64,000 bases of DNA from Camelus ferus (Eukaryota), in NCBI RefSeq assembly GCF_009834535.1, contig NC_045697.1:33296001-33360000 (forward strand). The letters are read 5' to 3'. The notes beneath the pieces were generated by a model. That model worked only from the letters and a program-made list of their open reading frames with translations. It was not told where the DNA came from and searched no databases. Positions 52,490-64,000 of this stretch are shown here, in pieces (positions within the stretch are counted from its first letter, which is position 1; each line of letters begins with the position of its first letter). The position numbers and the translations under genes were made by a program.

Positions 52490-53019
52490 TGTTGAGGTGG
52501 GGAGCCCCATGAAAAAGATCAACAGGACCCCCAGGCAGGGCCACTACTCTCCTGCTGGCACCATCATGTTCCCTGGCCCAGTGGCATTATCTCACTTTTT
52601 AAACTCTGAAACAGCTTACTTCCAGGAACTTACCCCTAAGATTCTATTGGTTCCCTGAGCTAACTCCTGATTGGTCCATTTGTAGTGCTTTATTTGCATG
52701 GCGCTCACTCCTGATTGGTCCATTTCCCTCACTCCTGATTGGTCCATTTCTACAAAGCTTTTTCTTAATTAGTCACCTTTGTTATACCTTATTTGCATAT
52801 GATGTTATAAAGTGTTGCAAAGTCTAGATTGGTAGCCTATAAAAGTCTATGTAAACATACAGATGGGGTCCAGAGCTTGGAATGTTAACTCCTCTGGGCC
52901 CGCTGGCATAATAAACCTGAGTTCTCCAACCCTCCAAGTGCTGCTTGGTCTCTCCCCCAATCCAGGTTGCTGTCACAACTGAGCTATAACACTGAGCTGT
53001 AACACACTTTGCTGCAACA
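52490..53019 (+). mobile_element. solo ERV LTR (~530 bp)
   Basis: TGTTG...CAACA termini; triplicated actcctgattggtccattt; TATAAAA 52838-52844; AATAAA 52910-52915. Confidence 0.88.
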
Positions 53020-53374
53020 CTATAAACTATTTTTTATCTGTCCAGATAAAATTGTTCACATCATCCTTTTGAGCTCCTGCTGAACTTAGCACAGGCATTT
53101 AACCTGAAACCTAGAATATCATGTTAAACTTATTTATTAACTTTCTATCTCATGCCTGTGAGCCTCACCTTAATCATCCTTACCTTCCAAGTGTCTAGCA
53201 CAGACCAGGTGTATATAATCTTTCAGGAACTTCTTGAGGAATAAATGAAAGAATGAATGAATCAATGAATGAGTGAACAACCTAATGAATAAGTGAGAGA
53301 ATACGTGAGCATCTGCACCATTATTTGCAAGTGAGAAACGCCATGCTTTCTTTAGAGGAAATGAGATTCAAGAA

Positions 53375-53600
53375 AGAGTAGTGGTGAAGCGCTCAGACTC
53401 CAATGCTAAACACTTAGGTTCAAATCCTAGTTCTGCTGCCTACTCACTGTGCAACCTTGGGTAAATTGCTTAGCCTCCCTAGGCTTCAGTTGTCTTACCC
53501 ACAGAATAAGGGTAATTGTAGAACCAGCTTCACGTGGTTAATGTGAGCGTTCTACGAGTTGATGCAAGTGCACTGAATGGCACCTGGGTCAGAGACAACA
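53375..53600 (+). mobile_element. MIR SINE
   Basis: ggttcaaatcctagttctgctgcctactcactgtgcaaccttgggtaaattgcttagcctccctaggcttcagtt. Confidence 0.8.
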
Positions 53601-54564
53601 CCGTGCAGTGTGTCAAGTGTCTGAAAGCCACTGGCTTACTGCCTTGACATTTAGTAGGTGAGATTCAGTTGCACTCCTCACTCTTGAATTTATTGAATTT
53701 TTCGACTCTTTCCCTATATGCTCCCATCCACTCTTTCCCACTAGCATTCAGGTTCCCACCTTCACAGAATGATCGGTTGGAGCCCTCCTCGTACACCCAC
53801 ATTCTCTTATGTTGCCTTATTTTTTTTCTCATGAATACATGGTTTTCCTCATTCTCTCGCTCTCTTTTTTTCTGCCCTTTTTTTCTTGTCCTCTTTTTAG
53901 TATACCATGCCCTCCTTTTCATTCCAGCTCGGCCTGCATTTCCATCTTTTGTTAGTTCTCTAATGTCCCCCTTTCCTCCCTCTTTCTTGATATTTATATA
54001 TAGCATGTCTGCTTCTGTGCACACACTTGTCTTTAGCATATGGAAAAAGATGTGTTTATAAGAGGACATACAGGCAGGAAATTGTCCATTTCATCCAATG
54101 GGAATGTGAGTGTTTCTGCTGCCAATACACGGGCATCCCTGTCTGTGTTTCTGTGCATAGGTCTCTCTATAAACCATGCTATTAAATCCACTCAAGTGTA
54201 TTGTGTGGCTTATTATACGAACTGAATAGAAAAATCAAGTGACTTTCACTTTTGAACTGGCCACTGATTTTCCTTCAATAAAGAAATTGCCACGTGTTTG
54301 ATCGGTTGTTTAAAAAAGACCCATATCGGTAACATCTACAGAACCAAAGACACTAATCAAAGTAGAAGCTTCCAGCCACTCTCTGGATCATCCACTGGAT
54401 TATAATAGGGTTTCAAGTCATTATTCCTGTTTTGTGACTTCCGGGTCTTTTCTCATGCTATTCAGTTGGAAGATAAAAGCAAGAGTACTTTTTGAATTAT
54501 GAGTTAAGAGTTAACAAAGTATCCTTAAAGAATATTTTTTGAGGCGGGCTATTTTAAGAGGCTT

Positions 54565-54952
54565 CTGGCAGACATTAGTAATACCCAGCAAATATTGCTA
54601 GTTTCCAGCCTAGATGATGAGCAGATTGAATTTGCCTACTCTCCTTGAAATTAGAGGTGGCAATGGAATTTGCTCTGGCCAATGATCATTGGGCAAAAGA
54701 GACACGGGCCATTTCCACGTGGAGGCTGAGTGTGCCTGTGTCTATTTACCATGTGGCCTCCTCCGCTGTCTGGTTGCAGCCAGCGATACTCCAAATGGTC
54801 CTTGAGTGAGGACAACAAAGGTCAGAGCTCCTTGCTGAACTGCGGTGGACATACAGAATGAATGAAAAATAAATATTTGTTGTTTTAAGCCTCTAACATT
54901 TGGGGGGTGGGGGGGTGTTTAACCATGAAATGACTTGGTCTAACCTGACCAC
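54565..54952 (+). mobile_element. MLT1 LTR
   Basis: tggcagacattagt...aaataaatatttgttgttttaagcctctaacatttgggg. Confidence 0.7.
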
Positions 54953-55929
54953 TGGGGATAAAGAGAAAAGGAAGTTTTGTTGTGTGTGGGTTTTTTTTTT
55001 TTTTTTGATATGAAACATTGAATGATGGAGTGGCATGCAAAATGTTTTCCTGCACAGAAACTTTATGAACCACCCTGAAATCATAGCATATAAATAGTTT
55101 CTTATCTAAGTCTGAAGAAATTGATTTCTTTGGTTTTTGGTAACACTTTGGTTTTATTTCCATTTCTTAATTGTTCTTCGCTTTCTTTCTCCACCTAAAC
55201 ACCCAGAGGGATTGAGACAAAGTCTGCAGGTGTTCTTGACAAATAGTCCATCTGAACCTCTGCTTCATCCTGCCCCACAGAAACACAGACCCTGGATGTG
55301 GTGCTGAGGAGGAAGGTGTACGGTATTTACTAAGTTCCAGCAAGAGCTCTGATAACCGAAACATCTGCCAGGTCCCAGAAATGGGCTGGAAAAAAATGAC
55401 AAAAAGAGAAGGGGTGAGACAAAGAGGCTGACTGGGACAGCTACTGCTAGATGTTAAAGTGATGGGAGGTGGATAAGAACACTGGTTCTGATGAAGAATT
55501 CACATTAGGAATATACCTCCGTATCTCAACTACATAAAGAAAAACAAAAGAAATTGACTCTGACCTGAATATAGTGAAAAAATTTTAAAGGCATGTCCAG
55601 AGATTTCCAACAAGTTAGAAAAGGCAAGTTAGTCACAAATTTTAATACCAATTCTGTTGTTGTTATTATACAATTCACTGGAGCAGAAATATTCAGGTTC
55701 AAATGCTTTTAGGTAGTCAATCAACATAATGCAAGTACCAACGATTGCAAAAATTTAACATGCAAATTGCAAGAAGAAAAATAGACTCATCTTTAACAAG
55801 TTCTTAAGGGACCAGAAACTATGATATCTCTCTTTTCATCCCTCATCGTACTTCTCATGGTGTAGACACTCAATAAGTCTTAATATAAGAAAGTCAGGCT
55901 GTATCAAGGAGTGTATGTATATTGTTCAC

Positions 55930-56680
55930 TGCAGTTCATTTGTCCTGCCTTTATCCATTTTGACCCTCAGCCTGGTCTTCATGCAGTGCTCTGGGTTATC
56001 TGTCCAAAATAGCCATTTGTTCATCACACTCATAACTTAAAATCCTTCCCATAGTTCCTGTTTCTCATAAGATCAAGACCAAAATCCTTACCATAGCCAT
56101 AGTTGGTCCTGCACTCCTTGACTCCTGCCTGGCCTTGAACCATTATTCCCTTTGCTCTCATCAATCTTCACCTTCTTCAGTTCCTGGAATGTGCCAAGCT
56201 TCCTACTGCCAGTTCTCCTCCTGCCACAGGTCACTGTAGCACACGTTTCCTCTGCTGGAAATCTCTTACCCCTTCCACTCACTTATGCATCCTTCATACA
56301 AAAAATAGGAAGCACTTCCTCAAGAAGCCTTCCTTGACATAGCACCACCCCCCTACTTATCTCTGTTAGTTTTTTTTTTGTTATATGTGCTTCCTCTTAG
56401 AGAATTTGTCTCTGTTTTTATATTATTATGTGTGATTACTTGATTAAAATCTAGGGGGAGGGAAATAGCTCAGTGATAGAGCACATGCTTAGCATGCATA
56501 AGGTCCTGGGTTCACTCTCAGTACCCTCATTAAAAACAAAAATCTATTGACAGAGCTGTACGTTCCATTGTTCAGGGACCATGTTTATTTTTACTTAACG
56601 TTGCAACCCTTGCAATTAGTGCCCTGCATGACGTAGAGTAAGCACTCAATACATAGGTGTTGAAAAAAATGAATAAATAA
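55930..56680 (+). mobile_element. L2 3' region
   Basis: ttaaaatccttccc...cacttcctcaagaagccttcc...agcactcaatacataggtgttgaa. Confidence 0.75.
56454..56538 (+). mobile_element. vic-1-type SINE, short (tRNA-domain-only) form
   Basis: ggggagggaaatagctcagtgatagagcacatgcttagcatgcataaggtcctgggttca...; TSD aaaatcta at 56446-56453 and 56539-56546 at a TT/AAAA site. Confidence 0.88.
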
Positions 56681-57507
56681 ACCAATGTGTAACATAGGAT
56701 TAGATGTATAACATTACCTTCAAAACTAGCCACTCATATCCCTAAAAAGAAATCTGCAGTCCAGTAACTTGGATCTTTGCCACATTCGTAGTCTATGGAG
56801 AACTCATAGCTCAAGACCATGCCATTGTCCCTCTGCATTTATGAGAAATAAGAAGAGGGGATACTCAGTGTTAGAACTCGGTGGGGAAGGGGGGTGGCTG
56901 AGGGACACAATATTTCAATCAAGGTAGGCCAGTAAGAGGAAATGATAAGAAAGATAATCATGTTTTGGTTCATGATGAGGAAAGCTGTTTCTACTCATCC
57001 AGTAGCATTTGGTAATAGTGGAAGCCAATGAATTCTTGACTTCAAAGGATAAGACCACATATAGATATTTTCCAGTCTTGGAGGATTCATCATCCCAACA
57101 TATCTCACCTTAGTACATTCTGCCTAGAATGGGTGTGATTTATCCTTATTTCCCTAGAAGGCAGGACTAATTAGCAGCCCCCTATGAACCATATATGGAT
57201 GTAGGATCTGTAAGTATTCTAAAAGGCTCTTTGCCATATAGGAGTTGTAGTGAATGGAATAGAAGATGACTTTTATTTCTTTTATAGTCTTATAGTGTGA
57301 AAACTCACCTTATCTACTAAGGGACTAATTTCCCAAAGAATTTTATTACAAATGGGAATTTGCTTTTTACATCAGTCCTTCCTAAGTCCTAAGCTCTTAA
57401 GTCAAATGAACTGTTTATCTGTCCCATTCATATTCCTATAAATCCAAATGTATTCTCAGAGAAATATATTTTACATAATTCAAATATATAACTACATGAA
57501 TATTGAC

Positions 57508-57525
57508 ATACACACACACACACAC

Positions 57526-57579
<54 letters not shown>

Positions 57580-57580
57580 T
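57508..57580. repeat. (CA)n(TA)n(T)n compound microsatellite
   Basis: directly visible. Confidence 0.93.
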
Positions 57581-57609
57581 AGCATGATCTGAACTAATCA
57601 ATTAAGACT

Positions 57610-57830
57610 CCAGAGTTAGTGAGTTAGTTGCTGAACAAATCTGGCCTGCCACCTGTTTTCATGTATAAAAATTTACTGGGTCATAGCCATGCCCATTTGT
57701 CTAGGTATTGTCTTTAGCTGCTTTTGTTCTAGAATGGCAGAACTGAGTGGTCACAACAGAACCTACATTGCCCACAAAGCTTGACATCTCTATTTGACCT
57801 TTTAAGACAGAAAGTTTGCCAACCTTTGAA
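57610..57830. mobile_element. MER58A-like hAT-Charlie element
   Basis: caaatctggcctgccacctgtttt...catagccatgcccatttg...aaagtttgccaacc. Confidence 0.8.
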
Positions 57831-58199
57831 CTAACTCAAAAAGTCACACGTGCCATCTGAATGGCAATTCAGAAATGTTGAACAGGGTGGTTCCTAGACA
57901 CCTTCTTCCTTTAATTTCTATTTGGAAGGTTCCTTTCTAGCTCCTGGGGGAAGAGTCTTCCATTAGTGTCAAAAACAAAACAAAAAATGCCTTGGTAAAT
58001 TAAATAATTATTTTTCAAAAACAAGAATTAAAAAATATTTTATATACAATTTGTAGAATGTAAAGCCCTACACAGGCCTTATTTGAAATTAAAAAGAGAA
58101 AGAAATAAAACAAAACAAGGTCACCATCCTCAAGAAAGCATTTGATTAAAGAACGCATAGTCCGCACCAAAAATCTGAAATAAGAGGACTTGTGAGCAT

Positions 58200-58420
58200 T
58201 TAGCACATCAGTGAATGACTTTCCTCTGTGTTCCATATCATCTTCTACTTGTGTTATCACACTATATTGCAAAACAAAATGTTCATTTATCTCCCCAAGT
58301 GGAAAGTGAACTCCTTGAGGACAGGAGCTAATGATTTATGACTGTGGACCCTTCTGTGTAGCACAGTGATGAGTTCTCAATAAAAAATTTGTTGAAAGAA
58401 AGGATGAATGGTTGTATGGA
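58200..58420 (+). mobile_element. L2 3' end
   Basis: gtgaactccttgaggacagg...ctcaataaaaaatttgttgaa. Confidence 0.65.
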
Positions 58421-61400
58421 TAGATGACTAGGTCAAGTGCATGCTGCTGCTCTGTGTGATTATACCAGCTCTTGGTCATCGGATCCTGAAACAGGTTGGC
58501 CTGGAGAGGTAAAAATGTGTTTTGTGGAAATAAATTCTTTCCTACTTGGTAATTCTATGAATACTGATGTTGTTGTTAGCTATTCATTGTTACTCATACT
58601 TAGCAGAGGAATTTCCTGGTGTTTCAGCATAGTTTATGTCTTTTGCCTCAGGATTGTTCTAAAACATTTCTACTACTTAACTGAACTAAACAACTATAAC
58701 AATAGCAATTCACATCAGTTAAAGTTTTATCAGTGTATCTGAAAGCAGAGATAAAAATGAAACTGAATCGAGTCAAGAGCCAATTGGATTCTTTATTCAG
58801 ATATTGTCGTCTGCCAATTATCAAGCAATTGTCTACAAAATGAAATTCTAATGTATTGGTCTCTCTGTAGGTGAATATGAATATGATCTATTAGGTGTTG
58901 ACTTGTCTATTATTTGGTAGAAATTATGGGTGTCTGAACAAAATATGGAGGTGGCTATGGAAAGAGGGAGATCTCCTTAAAATATAGAGTAGAAACACTG
59001 ATTTACTGCTTGAAAATATTAGTGCGACAACTTAAGTATTCTTAGCACTAGTTAAGAATAAACAAAACTTTGGGGGAAAATAAAGCAAGGGGGTGGCTTT
59101 TGTTCCTGTAATATTTTTCTTTGGTCATTTAACTGCTCCCCAGGATGGATTCCACCCTAGGCTCTGAAAATAACTAGAACAAAAGAATATAGAGACACCT
59201 GGAACCAGTTTGATTATCAGTCCTCAAGTCAGTCATGCTGGGGTTCCATTCTGATCTGTCTTTATAGTTGCTGTAACAGAGTTCTTTGGTTGAGCTTAAG
59301 TTCCAACCAATTCTTGGTTTTGATAAGTGGGATCACACTTCATTCTTCTACACTTGACTCTCGCTTTGGTTCCCTCTTTAATGTTCTCACTCTGTAAATA
59401 ATCAGCTACTGTTTTCTTTTCTTAGTCTTCCTGGGACCTCAAATCACAATCCTGAACTCTGTGTCCCTCTAGCTCTGGGTTCTCATTTCCTTGTTTTCTC
59501 TCTTCCTTTACATTCTCTTAGGGTTTTCCCTAACAGTGGAAGAGGGTCTGGCCCCTTAAATAGCACAGGCTGACAAAGTTTAATGGATAAAGAAGTATTC
59601 TGACTTTAGAGGATCACAGGCCCAAGTGTTAACAAGGGAACTTCCATGCCCGCTAAACCTATCCCACCATCTGTGGGACTGTGTCTGATCTATAAAGCTG
59701 AATAATTTCAAGATCCCATTGACTTTACTTATTAAGTCATCCAGGAAATTACTGAAGAATCCTCTCACTACCACCACCCCACAAGCTGGTTTATTCATTA
59801 TATTTTCTGGTTTTAATTCACTTTAAATATTTCAGTATCGGTAGTATGACATGTGTGTGTGGACAAGTTAAATTTAACTAACACTCTGGAGGGAGTTAGT
59901 TAGCCTAAGAAATGTCTCAATATGAATCAACCCTTTTGGGTTAATTAATTTGCATAATCCCTAGGAGAAATAACTTTTGTTGGTCATAGCAAAGGGATTC
60001 AAGATATGTGAACAGTTAAGAGGAGTTTAAGAGAACTCAGTGTCCTTGCATGAATAAGATATGAGGGGACCACGCTCGGCAACAATCTATGCCCAAAATA
60101 TTGCCCTCCATGTCTAGGGCCCTTGACCTGGAGACGTCTTGCCCCTGGATCCAATTACAAAGACTGTAGATGCTGCCATTAGGACTTCTTATGTCCCCTT
60201 AAGAGTGAGTGTTTTTCTGTGAACCTGAGGGCAAAAGAGCAAACTTCTCTTCACTGAGCTGAAAAAGTTCTGTGACTGTGCTGCTTATTAATGAATATCC
60301 TCTGGTTTGGGCAGATTTTGGTTTAAGATTTACTTTCATTGTGGCTTAACATTTGATTGAGAGGTTGCAAAAGGTCTAACCTGGGGTGGGGACTGATGTT
60401 TACCAAAAGAACCTGACTTTACTAAAGGACCAAATTGGTTTGGGCACACTCGGGTAATCTGGAACTGTTCACAGGAACTGTAGAGTTTAAAAATGAGAAA
60501 ACAAGGAGTGAGCAGCTAGTATTTAAGAAAGAGTTGTCAGGGCTTTATACGTGGCACAGGGCCAAAGGTAACAGCAGTGAACAAGTGGTTAGAGTGGGTA
60601 CAGAAAGGGAAGGGTTACTCACACTTGAGTCTAGGCTCTTGGACCTGGACAAGGTCTCCCTGGGAAAAGAAGCTTATAGTCTAAGTAGGAAAGCTTGTGG
60701 CAGAAAAGGTACTTTATTTCTAGAACAGTTACAGATAATACAGAAACTAATTCTTGAACGTGATTATTGGTATACAAGTGAGCCAGAGATATTTGAAGTC
60801 TTAGCATGCTTCCCCAAAGAAAGCCCACCATGGCTCATGCTAGCACGGACAAGACTGGAATTGAAAGATTACAGATTTATAGCCGTGGGTCAGTGCTCAG
60901 GAGAAAGATGAAAGGTTTGCCAGTCTAAGCTACTGGCTAAAAAAGTCATTAAATTCTATTAGACTCTCTTCTTGGGGGAGGGAATGATTAATGAGTTAAT
61001 AACCAGAGTTGGGAAAACTAGAACATTGTAGGAACAGGAAACTGAGCACAGCTTTGTACCATTCCACCTTGGGAAGGTCTGCATTGTCCCCACGCACAGA
61101 TTAACATTTACATCACAGTCTGTTTGGAGAAAATTAGTATCCCCTTTCTTCTCATTCTCCATATTCTCTTTCTCTAAAAGCAGCAGATAAAAAAAGAAAT
61201 GCTTCTGGTTCTTTCTATTTGGCTGAAACACTGGCTGCAACTACCGGGTGCCAGGAAAGGAGAGATACTATAAATAACTTTATTTTCTTTAGTAAATTAC
61301 ATTTCATACAAATTCTATCATATTTAATACAGTAGAAGTAAAGAGTTTATAAACAGTCTTTTTTTTCAATTGAAACAGTCTATAGTCACATTTTAAGAAT

Positions 61401-61739
61401 TTGGTAAAAAAAAAATAATTTTTCACTTATCTATTAATCATCCAAATTAAAAAAAATGTAAATGTACACCAAGTCCATATAGTGCACGGGATCTGCATAA
61501 GTTAAGGAATTTGGCTGTATAGCCCAAGATATTTCTGTTTAATGACTGAGTAATTAAAATGAACCATTAATTTATGAGCGTTATCAATTATCTTTACAAA
61601 CAACTGTTCTTACCGAATTTGCCAAACCTCTCGAACATCTTCATCCTGTAGCGAAGTAGCAAGCAGTGTTAAAAGAAAGTGGAGAGAGAGAGACAGTTCA
61701 TTTTGGCTGCAGTAATGGAGCCAACGTCTCCATTTTTAG

Positions 61740-61930
61740 TAAAACTTAATAATAACTCACATTTATCAAGCCTCTAGACTCTACATGACACTATACAGAG
61801 CAGTTCAGACATAGCATCTCACCAGTTTTTTCCTAACAGCCCTCTCAGATATTAGCTCTGCTTTAAAGATGAGGAGAATCAGATTCAACCTGGTTAAGTT
61901 ATTCATTCAAGATCACAGGGCCACTCAGAG
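61740..61930 (-). mobile_element. MIR SINE
   Basis: ataataactcacatttatcaagc...tttaaagatgaggagaatc...aagatcacag. Confidence 0.7.
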
Positions 61931-61934
61931 CTGC

Positions 61935-62190
61935 GTTCTGACTTTCATAAGCCCTTAGGCACTTATGCCTTTGTGGACCCCTTCCTCCATAAACAAACAA
62001 ACAAACAAACAAACAAGCAAACAAATAATATTTTGTTGACTATGTAACTATGAAGACAATTATTATCTTGGCTAGATTCACTATTATATGTTCATTGCTC
62101 TTATGGTCAGTTGTCTCTTTCTGATTTTAAGAGAATTTAAAATTAAAATAGACACCATGCCTACTGTGCCTAAAAGTTAAGCTGGCCCTG
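61935..62190. mobile_element. MER96B-like hAT element with internal (AAAC)n
   Basis: taggcacttatgcctttgtggaccccttcctccataaa...gcctactgtgccta...ggccctg. Confidence 0.6.
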
Positions 62191-63399
62191 CAGGTACAGG
62201 ATTAAACTCAGACCTATGAAGTGAGCTAAAAACCTATGCCCTTCAGTTTCCTCCCCTCATCTCTGTCACCATTAAATCACCAACCTCACCTTCTTTTCCA
62301 CTGCACTCAAACTTAAAACAAAAAAAAAGTGTATTAATATATCAATGTTACCCTGAATTCTATGAGTTTGCAGAATTCCAGTTCCTTTGCTTCCAAGATA
62401 TAACATTCCAGAATTAATTGAGAAATGTACAAAAATTGTCACAGCATTTGCAATGCTGCAAAGTGAAAGGATGTGTTTTGTTCATAATCATTTGAACTCT
62501 TAAAGCTGTAAAGAACAAAGATGCCTAACCTATCTTTACTGTTCATTTCTGTGTTATTGAACCAAAACTGCCTGCAGGTGCATGGGGCTATTTAAAGGGA
62601 ATTGTAAATCGCTTTCATATCTTACTAACGTAGTGAGGATGTATAAATAGTGGCGCATGGCAGATAATTAGTTTATGCCACACATTATTGTGCTTACGAG
62701 CATCTGGATATCAACCACTTGGCAAGGCAGACAAAGGAAGTTATTGTGAACAAAATACTACAAGTCATTTGCAAAACGCTGAGTGGTGAATATTCAAGGG
62801 ACAAAAGAATATGTTACACTTGCGCTAACGTTTAAGATTGTAGCTAAGTAAGGCAATTTAGAGAAATAGTAACTAAGCTTTGCAATCAGGTAATGGTGTA
62901 CGTAATATTTCAGGCAATGGTGTGCGTAATTTTTCCTTTTATTACTTTCTTATAAAAATGATAAGAGAACAAAAGTATACGTAAAAACACAGGTATTATA
63001 TAAATTGTACTTTCCTACTTTACAGAAAACTAGTAGAAAAAATTAGAAATGTTTATTCCTAGAAAAGAATAGATATATAATATGTATGTGGATGTGTGTG
63101 TATACAGTATACCATACTCTGTAAATTCCAAAAGAAATTCTAGGCTACATTGGCATTCTCTCTCTTGTCACAGTTGGAAATCTGTCCAGTCACAGAAAAG
63201 GCGTGCCTAGAGCCCTTGCAAACTATGGGCAGTTTCTCTCTCATATCCCAGGTACCATACAGCTTGGCGGTGGATAGGCCTTGTGCTTGGTACTCACTGC
63301 AACATCCGGAGCTTTGTCTTCCCTACTGTCCAAACAGCTCAGCTTCTCTGTAGGTAACATCTTCAGTATGTGGCCTCTTACCCATTTTTGCTGCTAGTA

Positions 63400-64000
63400 T
63401 TTCCTGCTTTTCACTACTTTTTACTAGTACCTCAAGTCCCATAATTTTGTCTGTATGGCTCTGCAACCCCTTCCTTGACCATGCTCTTGTCCTTGCTCAC
63501 CTAACTCAGATTCCGTGATGCATTGCCCTGTCCATTACCCTACATAGACCCCTTCACTTTCTCCTCTCTTACTTTATTGAACTAATTTGAGAAAAGCCCA
63601 ACCCTGTGTGAACCCAACTCTTGACATACTCTGTGCCGGCACCTGGGCAGCTGCACGTGCCCAGAAATACATGTCATGACCAAAACCCTCCAGTGAACAT
63701 GTAGTGCCCCAGGGCCATCCTACTGTATTTCTTTAGACAGTTTTCTGTCTCTTACTCAGTTGCATGATTATTTCATTCCTTCTTGTCTCTCCTCAAAGCA
63801 TCCACAACTCCTCCCTGTCTTACTCTCTGCTGATTATTTTGCTTCTCAGAGAAAACAGAAGCAAAAAATAAGAGAGAGAGCTTCTCTATGCCCAAGCCAC
63901 CAAGTCTAAAATCCTACGTGTACCCACATCTTCTACCTGTACACTGGCCCCCGTTCCATCTTGTCCATCAAAGACATAACTCCACTAATTTTCCCCATTC
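63400..64000 (+). mobile_element. L2 internal fragment
   Basis: pyrimidine-rich; aaaagcccaaccctg and cttctcagagaaaacagaagcaa resemble L2 ORF2 remnants. Confidence 0.55.

Larger units (their letters stand above)
51670..53280 (+). mobile_element. L2 3' region interrupted by (CA)n and an LTR
   Basis: degenerate L2 body ending in gtgtctagcacagaccagg...gaatgaatgaat. Confidence 0.6.

Noticed and set aside
56454..56530. tRNA-Ala gene
   Set aside because: Acceptor and T stems disrupted; A tail and TSD indicate a SINE
59100..60900. Possible ancient LTR (Gypsy/ERVL-like) remnants
   Set aside because: Only a compositional impression; no termini or family motif I can support
60435..60911. 158-aa plus-strand ORF
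   Set aside because: TTG start, no recognisable homology or exon structure; possibly within an old LTR-like region; a BLASTP/PhyloCSF check would settle it
1..64000. CRISPR arrays, operons or other prokaryotic systems
   Set aside because: The sequence is mammalian; no regularly spaced direct repeats or gene-dense coding regions

Overview
Mammalian genomic DNA, most likely camelid, judged from two tRNA-Ala-derived vic-1-type SINEs. It is AT-rich and repeat-dense. I can support no protein-coding exon; the ORF-track entries come from microsatellites, GC-rich sequence or chance. The main landmark is a CpG island (~45300-46700). It holds a probable ATG-free first exon of a minus-strand gene, containing a (CT)46 tract and ending at a CTG|GTAAGG donor at 45741/45740. 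On that reading, positions 1-45740 are that gene's 5' intron(s) and ~46700-64000 is upstream sequence. I could not identify the gene. Other content: ancient MIR, L2, MLT1 and MER elements, lineage-specific L1 3' fragments, and two solo ERV LTRs. The most notable observations are: (1) an inverted repeat at 12115-12829 that I could not assign to a repeat family, with diverged arms around a perfect 43-bp core; (2) a full-length U6 snRNA fused to an L1 3' end (23639-23931); (3) a tailless 5S rRNA retrocopy with an 8-bp TSD (28048-28141); (4) a candidate 5'UTR exon carrying a uORF (29879-30018); (5) a possible TATA-driven antisense transcript inside the island. Repeat family names are from recalled consensus sequences, and old-repeat boundaries are approximate.
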